Shown here piece by piece: positions 23,632 through 37,794 of a DNA stretch of 64,000 nt. How positions within the stretch are numbered: the stretch's first letter is position 1; every line of letters starts with the position of its first letter. The translations under genes were made by a program, and so were the position numbers. This stretch comes from Mobula hypostoma (Eukaryota): NCBI RefSeq assembly GCF_963921235.1, contig NC_086097.1:25484001-25548000 (forward strand), in the 5' to 3' direction. The notes under the pieces are model-generated. The model was not told the DNA's origin. It worked only from the letters and a program-made list of their open reading frames with translations, and searched no databases.

Positions 23632-25290
23632 TAAGCTCAGAATCAAAATCAGCATCAGATTTATTATAACTGACATATGTTGTGAAATTTCTTGTTCTGC
23701 GGCAGTAGAGTGCGATAGATAAAAAATAGTATAAATTACAATAAGAAATACACATACTAAAAAGCCAAACACGAGGAATACTGCAGATGCTGGAAATTCA
23801 AGCAACACACATCAAAGTTGCTGCTGAACACAGCAGGCCAGGCAGTATCTCTCGGAAGAGGTACAGTTGACGTTTCAGCCCGGGACCCTTCGAGAGGACT
23901 AACTGAAGGAAATGCTAGTAAGAGATTTGAAAGTGGAAGGGGGAGGGGGAGATCCAAAATGATAGGAGAAGAAAGGAGGGGGAGGGATGGAGCCAAGAGC
24001 TGGACAGGTGATTGGCAAAAGGGATATGAGAGGATCATGGAACAGGAGGCCCAGGGAGAAGGAAAAGGGGGAAGGGGGGGAAACCCAGAGGATGGGCAAG
24101 GGATATAGTCAGAGGGACAGAGGGAGAAAAAGGAGAGAGAGAGAAAGAATGTATGTATATAAATAAATAACGGATGGGGTACGAGGGGGAGGTGGGGCAA
24201 GAGTGGAAATTAGAGAAGTCAATGTTCATGCCATCAGGTTGGAGGCTACCCAGACGGAATATAAGGTGTTGTTCCTCCAACCTGAGTGTGGCTTCATCTT
24301 TACAGTAGAGGAGGCCGTGGATAGACATATCAGAATGGGAAAGGGATGTGGAATTAAAATGTGTGGCCACTGGGAGGTCCTGCTTTCTCTGGCGGACAGA
24401 GCGTAGGTGTTCAGCAAAACGATCTCCCAGTCTGCATCGGGTCTCGCCAATATATAGAAGGCCACATTGGGAGCACCGGACACAGTATGTCACCCCAGCC
24501 GACTCACAGGTGAAGTGTTGCCTCACCTGGAAGGACTGTCTGAGGCCCTGAATGGTGGTAAGGGAGGAAGTGTAAGGGCATGTGTAGCACTTGTTCCGCT
24601 TACAAGGATAAGTGCCAGGAGGGAGATCAGTGGGGAGGGATGGGGGGAATTAAATAAGTAGTACAAAAACAAGCAAAATAGTGAGGTAGTGTTCATAGAG
24701 TGGTTCATTGCCTGTTGAGAAATCTGACAGTGGAGGGAAAGAAGCTGTTCCTGAAATGTTCAGTGTGTGTCTTCAGGCTCCTGTATTTCCTCTCTGACTG
24801 TCCTAGTAAGAAGGCAGGATATCCTGGGTGATGGGGGTCCTTATTGACTCATGCCACCTTTTTGAGGCATCACCTTTTAAAGATGTCATCAGTGTTGGGG
24901 AGGCTAATGCCCATGAAGGAGCTGGCTTGAGTTTGCAACACCCTGCAATTTTTTCTGATCCTGTGCAGTGGCCCATCCATAGTGATGCAACCAGTTAGAA
25001 TACTCTCCACAGAACATGTGTAGAAATTTGCTAGTCTTTGGTGACATACTAAATCTCCTCAAACTGCAAATGAAATATAGCCACTGGTGTGCTTTCTTCC
25101 TAATTGCATCAATATGGTGGTCCCGGTATAGATCTTCAGCGATGTTGACACATATGAACTTGAAACTGCTACCCTTTCCAATGCTATCCCCACGATGAGG
25201 ACTGGAGTGTATTCCCTCAACTTCCCCTCCCTGAAGTCCACAGTCAATCCCTTGGTCTTACTGACAGTGAATACAAGAGTGTTGTTGCAC
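23632..25290 (-). mobile_element. Rex1/Babar 3' fragment interrupted by a PLE
   Basis: (TTCTGA)n-type tail near 23635; VSKTKGLTVDFR at 25059-25298. Confidence 0.75.
23760..24650 (-). mobile_element. Penelope-like element 3' end: GIY-YIG endonuclease and terminal repeat
   Basis: FTCESAGVTYCVRCSQCGLLYIGET..R..EH..VATHFN..GMN; hammerhead-like motif at 23864-23905. Confidence 0.92.
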
Positions 25291-25669
25291 CCATGCAACT
25301 ATGTTCTGACAATCCTAAATCTTGCTTTCAAATTCCTTCATGAAATCTGTCCTCCTGTTTTTGAAAACTCACACAGCGGACCAAGATATTGCTACTGCTC
25401 AGCCTGATATTATTCAAAGTGTAATAGTAATGACATTTTAGCCAAAATAGAAATATAGTTTAAAGAAGTACAGAAATAGAAGCTTAACCTTTTCAGACAA
25501 GATGGAAAGGGGGATTAAAAGTGTGGGGGGGAATGGCAATACTGGCTAGAGAAACAATCACAATGATAAGAAGGTATCATCAAAATGGGCAATATTGGTT
25601 GGGCAAAAAAAAGCAATCCTGTTTGTTAATGATCTGTAAATACAAAAAATACATGAGCATGTTTCTGAC

Positions 25670-26215
25670 AAGGCCATAAGACACTAGAAGCAGAATTAGG
25701 CCGTTTGGCCCATCAAGTCTGCTTCACCATTTCATAACGGCTGAATTATTATCCTTCTCGACCCCATTCACCTGCCTTCTCCCCATAACCTAAGACAGTC
25801 TCACTAATCAACAACCTATCAACTTTGCTTTAAATATACCTAATGACCATGTCTCCACAGTTGTCTATGGCAATGATTCACCACCCTGTGGCTAAAGAAA
25901 TTCCTCCTCATCTCTGTTCTAAAGGGATGTCCTTCTATCCTTTGTCCTTTGATCCTAGACTCCCCCACTATTGGTCATATCCGCTCTTCATCCACTCTAT
26001 CTAGGCCTTTCAATATTTGATAGGTTTCAAAGAGATCCCACTCATTCCTCTAAACTCCAGAGTACAGGCCCAAAGCAAGCAAATGTTCCTCATACATTAA
26101 CCCTTTCATCCCGTGATCATGCTTTTGAACCTCCTCCGGACCCACTCCAATACTAGCACTTCTTTTCATAGATAAGGGGCCCAAAACTGATCATAATACT
26201 CCAAGTGCAGAATGG
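25670..26215 (-). mobile_element. CR1 3' end (degenerate)
   Basis: The plus strand mirrors other CR1 3' ends (AAGAAATTCCTCCTCATCTC, TACTCCAAGTG). Confidence 0.8.
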
Positions 26216-27503
26216 CAAGTATAAAAGCACTATGGTATAATTGGTAGGATATTTCAATTAGCCAAATATTAAGTGAAAAACAGTCAATGTAAGATGTGAA
26301 ATTCTAAACTGGAGGAAGAACAAGCTTCTCTAGGCCAGACATCTATTCTTTAGAGGTTAGAAGAACAAAAGGTGATCATTTATACACATCAGAATCTTGC
26401 TTATGCATTTTATCCATTTAGAGAATTAGCAAAAAAGATTGCTACTTTATTTTGTTCAATTTTGATGATACCTTTCTACTGTTGTGATTGTTTCTTTAAC
26501 TGCTGAACAAAAGGTTTCATCATCATCATCATTATCAGGTGCCATACCCAGTTTGAGCTTTGACTGCCATGGCCCACACACTCCTGTTTCAGGTCAAGTG
26601 GATCAATTCATTGGTATTCATTTCCAGTTCTCTGACTGCTGCCTCCTTCATCATTTGTCTTTGTCTTCCTCTTGCTTACTTCCCTTCAATCTTTCCCACA
26701 ATTACCGTGCATTCTAACTACTCTTTCCTGATCACATGTCCAATGAAGTTACGTTGCCTTTTCATGATCTCATACATTATTTCTCTTTTTACGTTTGCTC
26801 TGTTCATGACATCCTCGTTAGATATTCATTTCGTCCATGATATTCTTTGCATCCTCCTCAAAAACCACATCTCTGCTGCTTCAATTCGTTTCCTCATGTT
26901 ACTAGATATTGTCCAACATTCTGAGCCATATAACATAACTGGATAAATGTAACATTTCAGTACTCTGAGGCGGGTTGTCATGCCTAGTTTAGTATGGGTC
27001 AGTATACTCTTCATTCTCGTAAAGGTGTCTTTTGCCGTCCCTACTCTTCTTTAAATGTCCAAGTCGCACCTGCCATCTGATGTCACCCAGCTTCCTAAGT
27101 AGCAAAAGTTCTCTACTTGTTTTATGTCTTCCCCATTTATTCTCAGTCTGCAGATAGGATTCTCCTTCTTTTTGGATAACACCATACATTCTGTCTTTTT
27201 GCGATTGATTTTATCCATTTTTGCACTTTCTTCAACAATTACATCAATTAAGATTTGTGGTTCTTCCTCCGTACTTGCAATTAACACAGTGTCATCTGCA
27301 TATCTGAAATTATTGATGTTTTCACCACCAACTTTGATTCTGTAATATTTCAAATAACTTATTGTGCTGCACTTTAACGAATGCTTTTGTGTAGTCAATA
27401 AAACAAACAAATCTTTTTGCACTTGAGTAGCTCATTCTGATAGTATCCTTAACATCAATATTGCATTTCTTGTACCTTTGTCTTTCACAAAACCACATTG
27501 TTC

Positions 27504-29364
27504 ACCTGAGGACTGGGAGAAATTCAGAGTTCAGCAGAGGAGGACAAAGCGCTTAATTAGGAAGGGGAAAAAAGATTATGAGAGAAAACTGGCAGGGAAC
27601 ATAAAAACGGACTGTAAAAGCTTTTATAGATATGTAAAAAGGAAAAGACTGGTAAAGACAAATGTAGGTCCCCTGCAAACAGAAACAGGTGAATTGATTA
27701 TGGGGAGCAAGGACATGGCAGACCAATTGAATAATTACTTTGGTTCTGTCTTCACTAAGGAGGACATAAATAATCTCCCAGAAATAGTAAGGGACAGAGG
27801 GTCCAGTGAGATGGAGGAACTGAGGGAAATACATGTTAGTAGGGAAGTGGTGTTAGGTAAATTGAAGGGACTGAAGGCAGATAAATCCCCAGGGCCAGAT
27901 GGTCTGCATCCTAGAGTGCTTAAGGAAGTGGCCCAAGAAATAGTGGATGCATTAGTGATAATTTTTCAAAACTCGTTAGATTCTGGACTAGTTCCTGAGG
28001 ATTGGAGGATGGCTAATGTAACCCCACTTTTTAAAAAAGGAGGGAGAGAGAAACCGGGGAATTATAGCCTAACGTTGGTGGTGAGGAAACTGCTGGAGTC
28101 AGTTATCAAGGATGTGATAACAGCACATTTGGAAAGCGGTGAAATGATCGGACAAAGTCAGCATGGATTTGTGAAAGGAAAATCATGTCTGACGAATCTC
28201 ATAGAATTTTTTGAGGATGTAACTAGTAGAGTGGATAGGGGAGAACCAGTGGATGTGGTATATTTGGATTTTCAAAAGGCTTTTGACAAGGTCCCACACA
28301 GGAGATTAGTGTGCAAACTTAAAGCACACAGTATTGGGGGTAAGGTATTGGTGTGGGTGGAGAATTGGTTAGCAGACAGGAAGCAAAGAGTGGGAATAAA
28401 CGGGACCTTTTCAGAATGGCAGGCGGTGACTAGTGGGGTACCGCAAGGCTCAGTGCTGGGACCCCAGTTGTTTACAATATATATTAATGACTTGGATGAG
28501 GGAATTAAATGCAGCATCTCCAAGTTTGCGGATGACACGAAGCTGGGTGGCAGTGTTAGCAGTGAGGAGGATGCTAAGAGGATGCAGGGTGACTTGGATA
28601 GGTTGGGTGAGTGGGCAAATTCATGGCAGATGCAATTTAATGTGGATAAATGTGAAGTTATCCACTTTGGTGGCAAAAATAGGAAAACAGATTATTATCT
28701 GAATGGTGGCCGATTAGGAAAAGGGGAGGTGCAACGAGACCTGGGTGTCATTATACACCAGTCATTGAAAGTGGGCATGCAGGTACAGCAGGCGGTGAAA
28801 AAGGCGAATGGTATGCTGGCATTTATAGCGAGAGGATTCGAGTACAGGAGCAGGGAGGTACTACTGCAGTTGTACAAGGCCTTGGTGAGACCACACCTGG
28901 AGTATTGTGTGCAGTTTTGGTCCCCTAATCTGAGGAAAGACATTCTTGCCATAGAGGGAGTACAAAGAAGGTTCACCAGATTGATTCCTGGGATGGCAGG
29001 ACTTTCATATGAAGAAAGACTGGATGAACTGGGCTTATACTCGTTGGAATTTAGAAGATTGAGGGGGGATCGGATTGAAACGTATAAGATCCTAAAGGGA
29101 TTGGACAGGCTAGATGCAGGAAGATTGTTCCCGATGTTGGGGAAGTCCAGAACGAGAGGTCACAGTTTGAGGATAGAGGGGAAGCCTTTTAGGACCGAGA
29201 TTAGGAAAAACTTCTTCACACAGAGAGTGGTGAATCTGTGGAATTCTCTGCCACAGGAAACTGTTGAGGCCAGTTCATTGGCTATATTTAAGAGGGAGTT
29301 AGATATGGCCCTTGTGGCTACGGGAGTCAGGGGGTATGGAGGGAAGGCTGGGGCGGGGTTCTGA
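27504..29364 (+). CDS. CR1 ORF2 RT region, uninterrupted frame (no endonuclease, no native start)
   Basis: Part of the 628-aa [42 protein letters not shown]. Confidence 0.85.
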
Positions 29365-29453
29365 GTTGGATGATCAGCCATGATCATAATAAATGGCGGT
29401 GCAGGCTCGAAGGGCCGAATGGCCTACTCCTGCACCTATTTTCTATGTTTCTA
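27504..29453 (+). mobile_element. Young 5'-truncated CR1 inserted in the RTE
   Basis: Splits RTE codons EIGKE/QCGF; TGTTC duplicated at 27499-27503 and 29454-29458; (TTTCTATG)n tail. Confidence 0.95.
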
Positions 29454-31779
29454 TGTTCTTTACCTATTTCAGCTTCTATCTTACTTTTAGCTCTTGTCAT
29501 CAAAATTCTTAGAAGTATCTTGGTGATAAGACTCATTAAACTTATGGTCCTATGCAATTCACATTCTATTGCTCCAGGTTTCTTAGGTAGAGTGATAAAT
29601 ACTGATTTGTTCATCTCTTCTGGTATTATTCCAGTCTCATAAATGTCATTGATTACATCAGTAAGTTTTTCAATTCCATAATCTTCAAGGGCGATAATTT
29701 GTTCTATTATTAATTCATCAGGATCTGCTGCCTTTCCTTTCTTCATCTTATTTATTCCATTACAAACTTCAGATTTTAAAATACTTGGACCTTCAATGTT
29801 TTTCTTAATTTCTGGTTTTTCACCTCGATCGTCTTCAAACAATTCCTGAATATATTCATTCCATCTGTTCATAATCTCATCTTTTTCTATAATAATGGTA
29901 CCATCCTTTGCTTTCAAACATTCACCTGAAGAACAGAGGAGCTTTTTACCAGTGATATTCATGATTTGTTGATGTAACCTTTTTGGATCAGTAATAGGGA
30001 TTTGCTCACATTCCTGGTTTAACCATTCTTCTTTGGCTTTTTGACATAAGCTTTTAACTTTTTTATCTAAGGACATATTCTATAGGATTTGCTTTCTTTC
30101 GTCTCCTTTCTTCCATTAGATTTTTGATTTCATCTGTCATCCATTTATTCTTTGTGTTTTTTTTCCTTTTTTAGGAATCACTGACTTTGCTGATTCTACC
30201 AAGGCATCCTTTGGAGAGTTAAATTTCATTTCTACATAATTGCTATCATCTTCAACAGATTCTATTTCTAGACTTTGAAATCTACCTTAGTTCAATTGTA
30301 AATTTTTGTCTTAAGTTTTCCTCTTTAATTAATTGCAAGTAGTCAAGGGATTGTTCAGGCTTTTGCTTCTTTAGTTTTTTAAGTTTTACTTTAAGATGAC
30401 ATATTACTGGGTTATGGTCACTATTACAGTCTGCACCTGGATATGTTTTGCATTGAGTCACTGAGTTTCTAAATCTTTGGTTTATAGTAATAAAGTCAAT
30501 TTGATTCCCAGTGTTATCACCTGGACTTTTCCAGGTCCACAAGCATCTTGGATGGTTTTTAGAGTAAGTATTCATAATGACCTGATTATTCATCTTGCAC
30601 CATTCTACCCATTTCTCAGCTCTTTCATTTCTTTCCCCTAGTCCAAATTTTCCTATGGTATTTCCATCAGCACCTTGTCCTACTTGAGCACTTAGATCTC
30701 CCAGGACAATAACAATATCTTGAGATTTGCATCCATTCTTTGCTTGTTCAAGCTCTTCATAGAATTTATCTATATCCTCATTTGTTCCATCTGTTGTTGG
30801 TGCATATACCTGTATAATTGCTAAATCAAATGGTTGTCCTCTGAATCGAACAAGGAGCACTCTTTCTGATATTGCCCAATGTCCTAAAACACTTTTTGCC
30901 ATGTTTTCGTCTATAAGAATTCCTACTCCATTAGTATGGGATGTTCCACAAGAATAAATTAATGTTTTATTTCTATTCTGACATGTTCCAGCACCTGTCC
31001 AACGAACTTCGCTAATTCCCATGATGTTAATCTTTAGTCTTTCCATTTCATTTATCACATTGTCCAATCTTCCTGCTTGATATGGGGTTCTTACATTTCA
31101 AGTTGCAATAATTTTCTTTTGTGTTACTTGAATTTTATGAGCAGTAGCTTGACGACGGTCGGGGATCCCCTGCTGACCAGAATCAACCCTACAAGCGAAG
31201 CATCTTCAGAATTGCCTTGAAGATCCTCTTGACGCCGTTGTTGTGTGATACATTTTGTGAGTTTGACCATGGTTTTCTTAGCAAATAGATTCTAGGAAAC
31301 CTAGTATCTAGCAACAGTGGTTTGCTATTGCCTACCGTTGGGTGAACTAAAGAAATCACCATTTCTCTTCCCAGATGTTCATTAGCCTGTACTATAGCCG
31401 TTGACATTTGAGGTCCTAGCTCATCTGCCTCCTTCGTCATAAGTTCAGTTACTGAACCTGCCGGATCTACCGTGGGCCTTCGCTCGTATCCTGAGCAGGA
31501 ACCCTTGCAGGTGCTCCCGTTCTGGGTCAGAGCGGCCTTGGGAGCAATGAATGACTAAGGGGTAACTCCATTTTCCCCAAAGCTCTGAAAGTCCCCAATC
31601 AGAGCCTCATCACCGCTTGCAGTTTAGAGTCATACCCAGGAGCAGCAAAAGGTTTACAAAATACAAACTTCCAGCAGGGCTCAGTAGGCTAGAAAGGGGT
31701 ATGTCTAGAACTGTGGATCACAGATTCAAACTAAAGCTTGAGTTATTTGGGGAGAAGAAATGAGAAGATATTTCTCTCA

Positions 31780-33200
31780 TTAAGTAATTTAGTAAATTGG
31801 TTTATTGTTGCTACATGTATTAAGGCAGAGTGGAAAACTTGTCTTGCTTCCAGTCCATAGAGGACATATTATTACAAAAGTTCTTTGGGTTCATGCATGG
31901 GGAAACAATAACAGAATGTAGAATGAAACATTTCAGAATGAAAAGAAAGTGTAGTGCAGGCAGACAATAAAATGCAAGGCCATCACGGGGAAGATTGTGA
32001 GGTCAAGAGTCAATCTTATTATACTTGGGCCACAGTGGGGTAGAAGTTGTCCTTCAAACTGATGTACATGTTTTCAGGCTTTGGTATCTTCTGACCGATG
32101 GGAGGGGGGAGAAGAAAGAATAACCAGGGTAGGAGGTTTTTTATTATGTTGGTTGCTTTACTGAGGCAGTGGGAAGTGTAGACAAAGTCGACAGAGGAAT
32201 GTAGGATTGAAAAAGTAAGCAGTATCAAAAAAGAGAGAGAGCGTGAAGAAATGGTAGCAAGTAAAATCAGGAATGTTTTATGTATATAAATAGCAAATGG
32301 ATGCCTAAGGAAAGAACTAGATCTAGATCTTTCGGGGTCCAAAGATGTAACTTATGTGGAGGTGAACAATGTGGAGAAAGTACTTTGCAACTACCTAGAC
32401 AGAAGGTGCAGCAGTCAGAAAACAAATGTGTTAAGTAGCATCTTTGAAAATAGATCAATCAACAGGTCCGGATGATGTACTGCACCAAGCGATGATGCAT
32501 GCGATAAATGGGCTGAGAACACAACCGTGTGGAGCACTAGTGTTGAGAAAAATCATGGTGGAGGTGTTGCTACCTATCTTTACTGATTGTGTTCAAGAAG
32601 TCAAGGATAAAGTTGAAGAGAGAGATGTTGAGTCCCATGTTCAGAAGTTTGAAGATGAGTTGTTTAGAATTATAGTAGTCAATAAACAGTAGTCTAACAT
32701 GGATGTCCAGATGCTCCAAAGATGAATGCAGGGAGATGGCATCTACTATAGACCTCGATCAGTGATTGGCAAATTCCAATGGGTTGAGGTTGGCTGGAAG
32801 GCGGGAGTTAATAGATTCCATGACTTGCCTCTCGAAGCAATTCATGATAGCAGATGTCAGAGCCTTAGTTGTTAAAGAGCATTACCTTCTTTTTCTTAGG
32901 TTTTTCTTTTTCTTTGGATGAAAGTGGTCTTCTTAAAGCAGAAGAGAACTTCAGGTTGATGTATGGAGATTTTTTTTAAAATCTGCAAATACCCCCATCA
33001 GCTGACCTGGGCAGGATCTAAGGACACAGTCAGGGACACTATCTGGGCCAATTGCTTTCCATTGGTTCACTCTCTGGAAAACTGATCTTACATTCACAGT
33101 GATAACTGAGGGTTCAGGTGCATTTGGAGGTGACAAATCAATGGAATTACCTACCCCAGAGGGCACTGGAAGTTCGGTCATTGACTCCATTCAAAACAAT
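31780..33200 (-). mobile_element. Highly degenerate Rex1/Babar fragments
   Basis: Rex-like tail near 31800; VFQRVNQWKAIGPDSVP..LRSC..QL.GVF at 32951-33190. Confidence 0.65.
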
Positions 33201-33292
33201 TTCTGGTTATTATAGTGTTCAAGGGTTAGGGAAAGAGTCAGAGAAACAGTGCCGTTAGTAGAAGATCAGCCATGATCATGTTGAATGGTTCA

Positions 33293-33590
33293 GCATGGTA
33301 GTATAGAGGTGAGCATAATGTTTTACAGCACCAACTATAAGATTGGGGTTCAATTCCCACCGCTGTCTGTAAGGAGGGTGTACCACATGGGTTTCCTCCT
33401 AATTCTAAAAAAAGATGTATGGATTAGGATTAGTAAATTGTAGGCATGCTATGTTGGTACTGGAAGCATGGCGACACTTGCAGGCTGTCCCCTGCACAGC
33501 GACAGACAGGTCATTGACAAAAACAATGCATTTTACTGTAATGTTTCAATCTTTTAATGTATATGTGACAAATAAAGCTAATCATTAATT
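33293..33590 (+). mobile_element. V-SINE-type element with ...GTGACAAATAAAGCTAATC tail
   Basis: Head GGGGTTCAATTCCCACCGCTGTCTGTAAGGAG; same family at 40343-40577 and 43345-43556. Confidence 0.75.
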
Positions 33591-33849
33591 TCTCTCTTTG
33601 AATGAGAGTCAGCTCAAGGGGCCAAATGACCTATGCCTTTTCCTAATTAATTTGCATTCTTAAGCATCGCTTGAAGCACTGGTTACCTAATTACCAGATA
33701 GTTGTGATTGTGATAGAGAAATTGCAGTGCAGACTTAGGAGAATGCTGCCATCCCTGGAGATCTGTGGCTTGGAGGAAATTTGGGATAAACTAGAGCTAC
33801 TTCCTTTGAAACAGTAGAGCACAGCAGGAAATCTAGGCACAACTCTAGT

Positions 33850-36778
33850 AGCAGCAGTACTCTCAATGGATACGATTAAATATTCCCATTTCAGCCTGAT
33901 ACAGCTAAGAAACACAACTGCTTCCAAGGTCAGTGCAGTCAACAAAGATGACTTAATGTATTTAAATGAACTATCGCTGCTTAAAACTGACGGAAACAAC
34001 ATCAATTGTGGCCGGAAGTGCCCACAAAGGACACCTCGGAGGAAGCGCAGGCGTAGATCAGTATTACAAATGCTTTTAAGGAAACGAGGTTTTAAACTCC
34101 CTATACCGACTATCTTACTGGCGAACGTGTAGTCTCTGGGGAATAAAATCGATGATCTCAAAGCCAGGGTGCTGAATCAGAGGGACATTAGGACCACATG
34201 TGTCCTTTGTTTCATAGAATCCTGGTTAACCCCTTCTGTACCTGATGCAGCAATCCAGGTCAACGGGTTTACTATACTCCGTCAAGATAGATCTATAGAG
34301 TCTCTCAAAAGCAGAGGTAGAGGAGTATAACTCATGACCAACTCTTCTTGGTGCACAAATATATCAGCGCTTCCCAATTCTGCTCACCAGACCGGAATAT
34401 CTAGCAGTAAAGTGCCATCGCTTTTGCCTACCACGGGAGTTCTCTGGGGTCATTTTGGTAGCAGTATACATTCCACCTCAGGCCAATGTCAAGCAGGCTT
34501 TAGATGATCTGAGCAATGGGATCAACATGCACAAAACAGCTCACTATAACACCTTCACCATGGTTTTGGGAGATTTTAACCAGGCCAATCTGAAAAAAAT
34601 CACTAAGCAACTACCATCAACAAATCACATGCAATATCAGAGGAAACAACACACTGCTACACCACCATCAAGAATGCCTACCGTGCTATACCACGCCCTC
34701 ACTTCCGGAAGTCTGATCACCTAGTTGTACTTCTACTCCCTGAATATATGCAGAGACTGAAGACTGCAGCACCAGCAGTGAGAAGCAAGAAGGTATGGAC
34801 AAGGAAAGCACAAAAGCACCTACAGGACTACTTTGAATCAGAGGACTGGACTGTATTCAGGGATTCATCTTCGAACCTGTAAGAGTATGCTTCAGTTGTT
34901 ACCAACTTCATTAAAACCTGTGTGGATGAGTGTGTGCCCACAAAGACTTACTGTACATTCCCAAACCAAAAGCTGTGGATGAACCAGGAGGTAGGTCATC
35001 TGCTGAAGGCTAGATCTGTGGCATTCAAGTCTGGCAACCAAGGCCTGTACCAGTAAACCAGGTATGATTTGAGGAGGGCTATTTCAAGGGTGAAGAGACA
35101 ATTTCGAATGAGGTTGGAGGCACAGCAACTCTGGCAGGATCTGCAAGACATTACTTCCTACAAAGCAAAATACAATAGCATGAATGGCAGTGATGCTTCA
35201 CTACCAGATGAACTCAACGCCTTCTCTGCATGCTTTGAAAGGGAGAGCACAACTACATCTTGAAGATCCCTGCTGCACCTGATGACCCTGTGACCTCCAT
35301 CTTAGAGGCCAAAGTTAGACTGTCTTTAAAGAGAGTGAACCCTCGCAAGGCAGAAGGTCAAACCTGTACCAAACAACTAGTGGGAGTATTCAAGGACATT
35401 TTCAACTTCTCACTGCTATGGGCAGAAGTTCCCACTTGCTTCAAAAAAGCAACAATTATACCAGTGCCTAAGAAGAATAATGTGGACTGCCTTAATGACT
35501 ATCGCCCTGTAGCAAGGACCTGGACCCATTGCAATTTGCCTATCGCCACAATAGGTCAACGGCAGATGCAATCTCAATGGCTCTCCACACGGCTTTAGAC
35601 CACCTGGACAACACCAACACCTACGTCAGAATGCTGTTCATTAACTATAGCTCAGCATTTAATACCATCATTCCCACAATCCTGATTGAGAAGTTACAGA
35701 ACCTGGGCCTCTCTACCTCCCTCTGCAATTGGATCCTCGACTTCCTAACTGAAAGACCACAATCTGTTCAGATTGGTGATAAAATATCCTCCCCGCTGAC
35801 GATCAACACTGGTGCACCTCAGGGGAGTGTGCTTAGCCCGTTACTGTGCGGCTAGGCATAACTCAAATACCATCTATAAATTTGCTGATGATACAACCGT
35901 TGTTGGTAGAATCTCAAGTTGTGACGAGAGGGCATATAGGAGTGAGATATGCCAACTAGTGGAATGGTGCCACAGCAACAACCTGGCACTCACCGTCAGT
36001 TAGACAAAAGAGCTGATTGCGGACTTCAGGAAGGGTAAGACGAACGAACACATACCAATCCTCATAGAGGGATCAGAAGTAGAGAGAGTGAGCAGTTTCA
36101 AGATCCTGGGTGTCAAGATCTCTGAGGATCTAAGCTGGTCCCAACATATCAATGTAGTTATAAAGAAAGCAAGACAGCGGCTATATTTTATTAGGAGCTT
36201 GACAAGATTTGGCATGTCAACAAATACACTCAAAAACTTCTATAGATGTACCATGGAGAGCATTCTGACAGGCTGCATCACTGTCTGGTATGAAGGGGCT
36301 ACTGCACAGGACCAAAAAAAGCTGCAGAAGGTTGTAAATCTAGTCAGCTCCACCTTGGGCACTAGCGCTACAAAGTACCCAGGACATCTTCAGGGAGCGG
36401 TGTCTCAGAAAGGCACCGTCCATTATTAAGGACCTCCAGCACCCAGGTCATGCCCATCTCTCACTGTTACCATCAGGTAAGAGATACAGAAGCCTGAAGG
36501 CATACACTCAGCGATTCAGGAACAGCTTCTTCCTCTCTGCCAACCGATTCCTAAATGGACATAAGAATCTTTGGACACCACCACACTTTTTTAAAAATAT
36601 ACAGTATTTCTGTTTTTGTACATTTTTAAAAATCTATTCAAAATATGTAATTGATTTACTTGCTTTTTTAAAAATTATTTTTCCTCTCTGCTGGATTATG
36701 TATTGCATTGAATTGCTGCTGCTAAGTTTACAAATTTCATGTCACAAGCCAGTGATAATAAACCTGATTCCGATTCTG
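33850..36778 (+). mobile_element. Near full-length degenerate Rex1/Babar LINE
   Basis: [45 protein letters not shown]; tail AATAAACCTGATTCCGATTCTGA. Confidence 0.92.
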
Positions 36779-37404
36779 AAAAAAAGTATGAGGAGCGTAG
36801 AAAGAGTATTTCAGTTAGCAAATCAGCCGAAAACAAGGGGAATTTGCAATAGAATTAAAAGGATAAGGATTAAAAAAAAACTTTTGCAGAGAGAGTTTGG
36901 AAACTATTGCTTGATTGAGAAGGTTAAAAAAAAAATCACATTGAGGAAGCATCTTTCTGTACTGCAAAGCTATAATCCAAATGTGAGAAGGAGGGATTAA
37001 GCTGGCTAGCTTTTTTTCACCAGTGCAGACACAATGGGCTGAGACGTCCCCTTCTATGTTAAAAATGTTCTATTATTCTATTACTATGGTATTCTTCAGA
37101 TACACAAATTTAATTAATTGACTTGCTTTATCTAAATTCAGCATTTTAGAAACAGCTTCTTTTCTCTGCATAGGATTTCTGAACAGACCATGAACCAATG
37201 AATACTACCTTATTTTTGTTTTCTTGCACTACTTATTAACATTTTATATTTCCTATTGCAACTTCTAGTAATGTTTATGTAATGCACTGCATTGCTGCTG
37301 CAAAATAACATATTTCATGACATATGTCAGTGATGATGAACCTGATACTGAACTATTAAAATCATAAGCTCTGGCATTGCTCTCCTCCTTGCATTCTCAC
37401 TCTT

Positions 37405-37790
37405 GTTAATGAGGATAGGTTGAGCGTGCGAGGGCTTTTCTCTTTGGAACAAAGGAAAATGAGAGATGACTTGATAGAGGTGTACAAGATGAAAAGAAGC
37501 ATAGATAAAGTGGACAGCCAGAGACTTTTTTTTTCCAGGGCAGAAGTGGCTAATTCCAAGGGCATAATATTAAAGTGATTTTAGGAAAATTTCAGAGGTA
37601 AGTTCTTTACCCAGAGAATGGTGAGTGCAGTCAGCATTGTGGTAGTAGAGGCAGATACATTAGGGGAATTAAAGAAACTCTTAGACAGCCACAAAGATTA
37701 TATAAAAATGCAGGGCTACGTAGGAGGGAAGGGTTACAGTAGAGTAGGTAAAAAGGTCAGCACAACATTATGGACTGAAGAGCGTGTATT
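37405..37790 (+). mobile_element. CR1 3' end (degenerate)
   Basis: GLFSLEQRKMRDDLIEVYK. Confidence 0.8.
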
Positions 37791-37794
37791 AGAG

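Larger units (their letters stand above)
26518..31645 (-). mobile_element. RTE LINE retaining both ends, with an internal RT deletion and a nested CR1
   Basis: TSD CAAAAGGTTT at 26508-26517 and 31646-31655; GISEVRW, QVYAPT, SDH, RYADD, YGSECW; (TGA)n tail. Confidence 0.95.

Noticed and set aside
24035..24526. Stand-alone GIY-YIG homing endonuclease or repair gene
   Set aside because: The motif layout and the adjoining terminal repeat match the Penelope-like relics repeated across the window.
27478..27503. N-terminus of the 628-aa ORF as a real start
   Set aside because: It begins at a TTG in antisense RTE sequence outside the CR1 insertion.
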